Shown here: in pieces, positions 63,210 through 64,000 of the stretch | Layout of the letters: each line of letters opens with the position of its first letter | How positions within the stretch are numbered: the first letter of the stretch is position 1 | Assembly (NCBI RefSeq): GCF_046119375.1 | Contig: NW_027362773.1 | Location: forward strand, 211,048,001 to 211,112,000 | Source of the DNA: Phyllobates terribilis | Lineage: Eukaryota | Direction: 5' to 3' | DNA length: 64,000 nucleotides | Made by a program: the position numbers and the translations under genes | The notes under the pieces: model-generated | Seen by the model: only the letters and a program-made list of their open reading frames with translations | The model's database searches: none | What the model was told of the DNA's origin: nothing

Positions 63210-64000
63210 TTAGATGGCTTTCTTCTTCTCACTCCTCTTATCCTCTGCTTCAGACGAGGAATCCTTCCCCCTCTTTAATGATACAGACGTGTCCATTCCC
63301 ACATTTTTCCTTCTTTTTTCGTCCTTGTCTCCGGACTCTGGGCCAGTCCCTCCCCCCAAGAACCTTGCATCCCCAGGAGAAGGAGACTCGGCACCCCCTG
63401 TAAGCTCCACCAAAGCCGGAACCTCACCCTCGGCCTCCTCCTCAGAGGAAGAGATGTTATCAAGGGCTTGGAACAGGTTAGAAAGACCAACCAGAGGGGA
63501 GTCCGTTTTACCTTCCTTAGGTACCTTGGTCAGAGCGGGAGAAGATGTTTTATCTCCCTTCTTTCTCTTCTTTTTGGTACCGAGCTTACGCTTGTCCTCT
63601 AGCCACCGCTTATTATCCTCATCCATACTTTCATAATGGGAGGATTCTGAGGCAGAGGCGGTTTCCTCCCTGTGGATCCTCCTGACCTCCTCATCCAACT
63701 CATCATCCCTCGGGGCCTCAGCAGCAACACTGGCATCCAGGACAGGGGCTGCCCCAGTAGCCCGGGGCTCGCCCCGCTCCCTCTCCTGTCTGCGCTTGTC
63801 TAGACCCCTCAGCTGGGTAGGCGTCTTTTTATTGCTTTTCTTCCCTGGCCCCTCAGCTCCCCCACACCTGCTAGTCCCCTCCCCAGCAGAATCAGCCTCA
63901 CGGCTTTCTCCCACTGGGGTCTCGACTGCATTAGTGAAGGAGCGAGGACAACGGCTGAATGGGTGACCTAACTCACCACACAGGTGGCACCTAATCTCCA
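63210..64000 (-). CDS. LINE ORF1 C-terminal part (zinc knuckle plus acidic/basic tail), 5'-truncated by the window edge
   Basis: The frame is open from the edge: EIRCHLCGELGHPFSRCPRSF (CX2CX4HX4C) through to ...RSEKKKAI stop at 63210. ORF2 ATG follows 12 bp later. Confidence 0.85.
   Translation of the reverse strand, partial: EIRCHLCGELGHPFSRCPRSFTNAVETPVGESREADSAGEGTSRCGGAEGPGKKSNKKTPTQLRGLDKRRQERERGEPRATGAAPVLDASVAAEAPRDDELDEEVRRIHREETASASESSHYESMDEDNKRWLEDKRKLGTKKKRKKGDKTSSPALTKVPKEGKTDSPLVGLSNLFQALDNISSSEEEAEGEVPALVELTGGAESPSPGDARFLGGGTGPESGDKDEKRRKNVGMDTSVSLKRGKDSSSEAEDKRSEKKKAI

Larger units (their letters stand above)
55188..64000 (-). mobile_element. Tx1-clade non-LTR retrotransposon, decayed, with nested insertions; 5' end outside the window
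   Basis: ORF1 has a CCHC knuckle and ORF2 has APE endonuclease, RT and a C-terminal Cys/His motif. ~690-bp 3' UTR ends with AATAAA at 55199-55194. Confidence 0.9.

Overview
This is eukaryotic genomic DNA, most likely an anuran amphibian (inferred from its Tc1, TTAA-MITE and satellite content and from gene divergence). Four spliced genes were rebuilt by hand from GT-AG exons, in the order known from human 16q24.3: dpep1 (+, 10 coding exons, 415 aa), chmp1a (-, 7 exons, 196 aa), cdk10 (+, 13 exons, 364 aa) and spata2l (-, 2 coding exons, 390 aa). chmp1a and cdk10 are head-to-head only ~1.3 kb apart. The rest is dense in transposons: three full-length copies of one Tc1 family, three copies of a second, a Passport-like Tc1 with an intact ORF, and hAT, Harbinger and TTAA MITEs. 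A 4.4-kb Sola2-type DNA transposon with ~700-bp TIRs sits inside a Tc1 copy in chmp1a intron 4. At the right end, a decayed Tx1-clade LINE carries a nested RT-less, apparently self-priming chromoviral LTR element and a MITE. There are several minisatellites and two inverted 86-bp satellite arrays. The best lead is the Sola2 transposase: it is broken only by three +1 homopolymer slips, and its N-terminal Cys/His domain resembles, from memory, the N-terminal half of vertebrate ARL14EP. No tools were run, so all family names and homologies need database confirmation.
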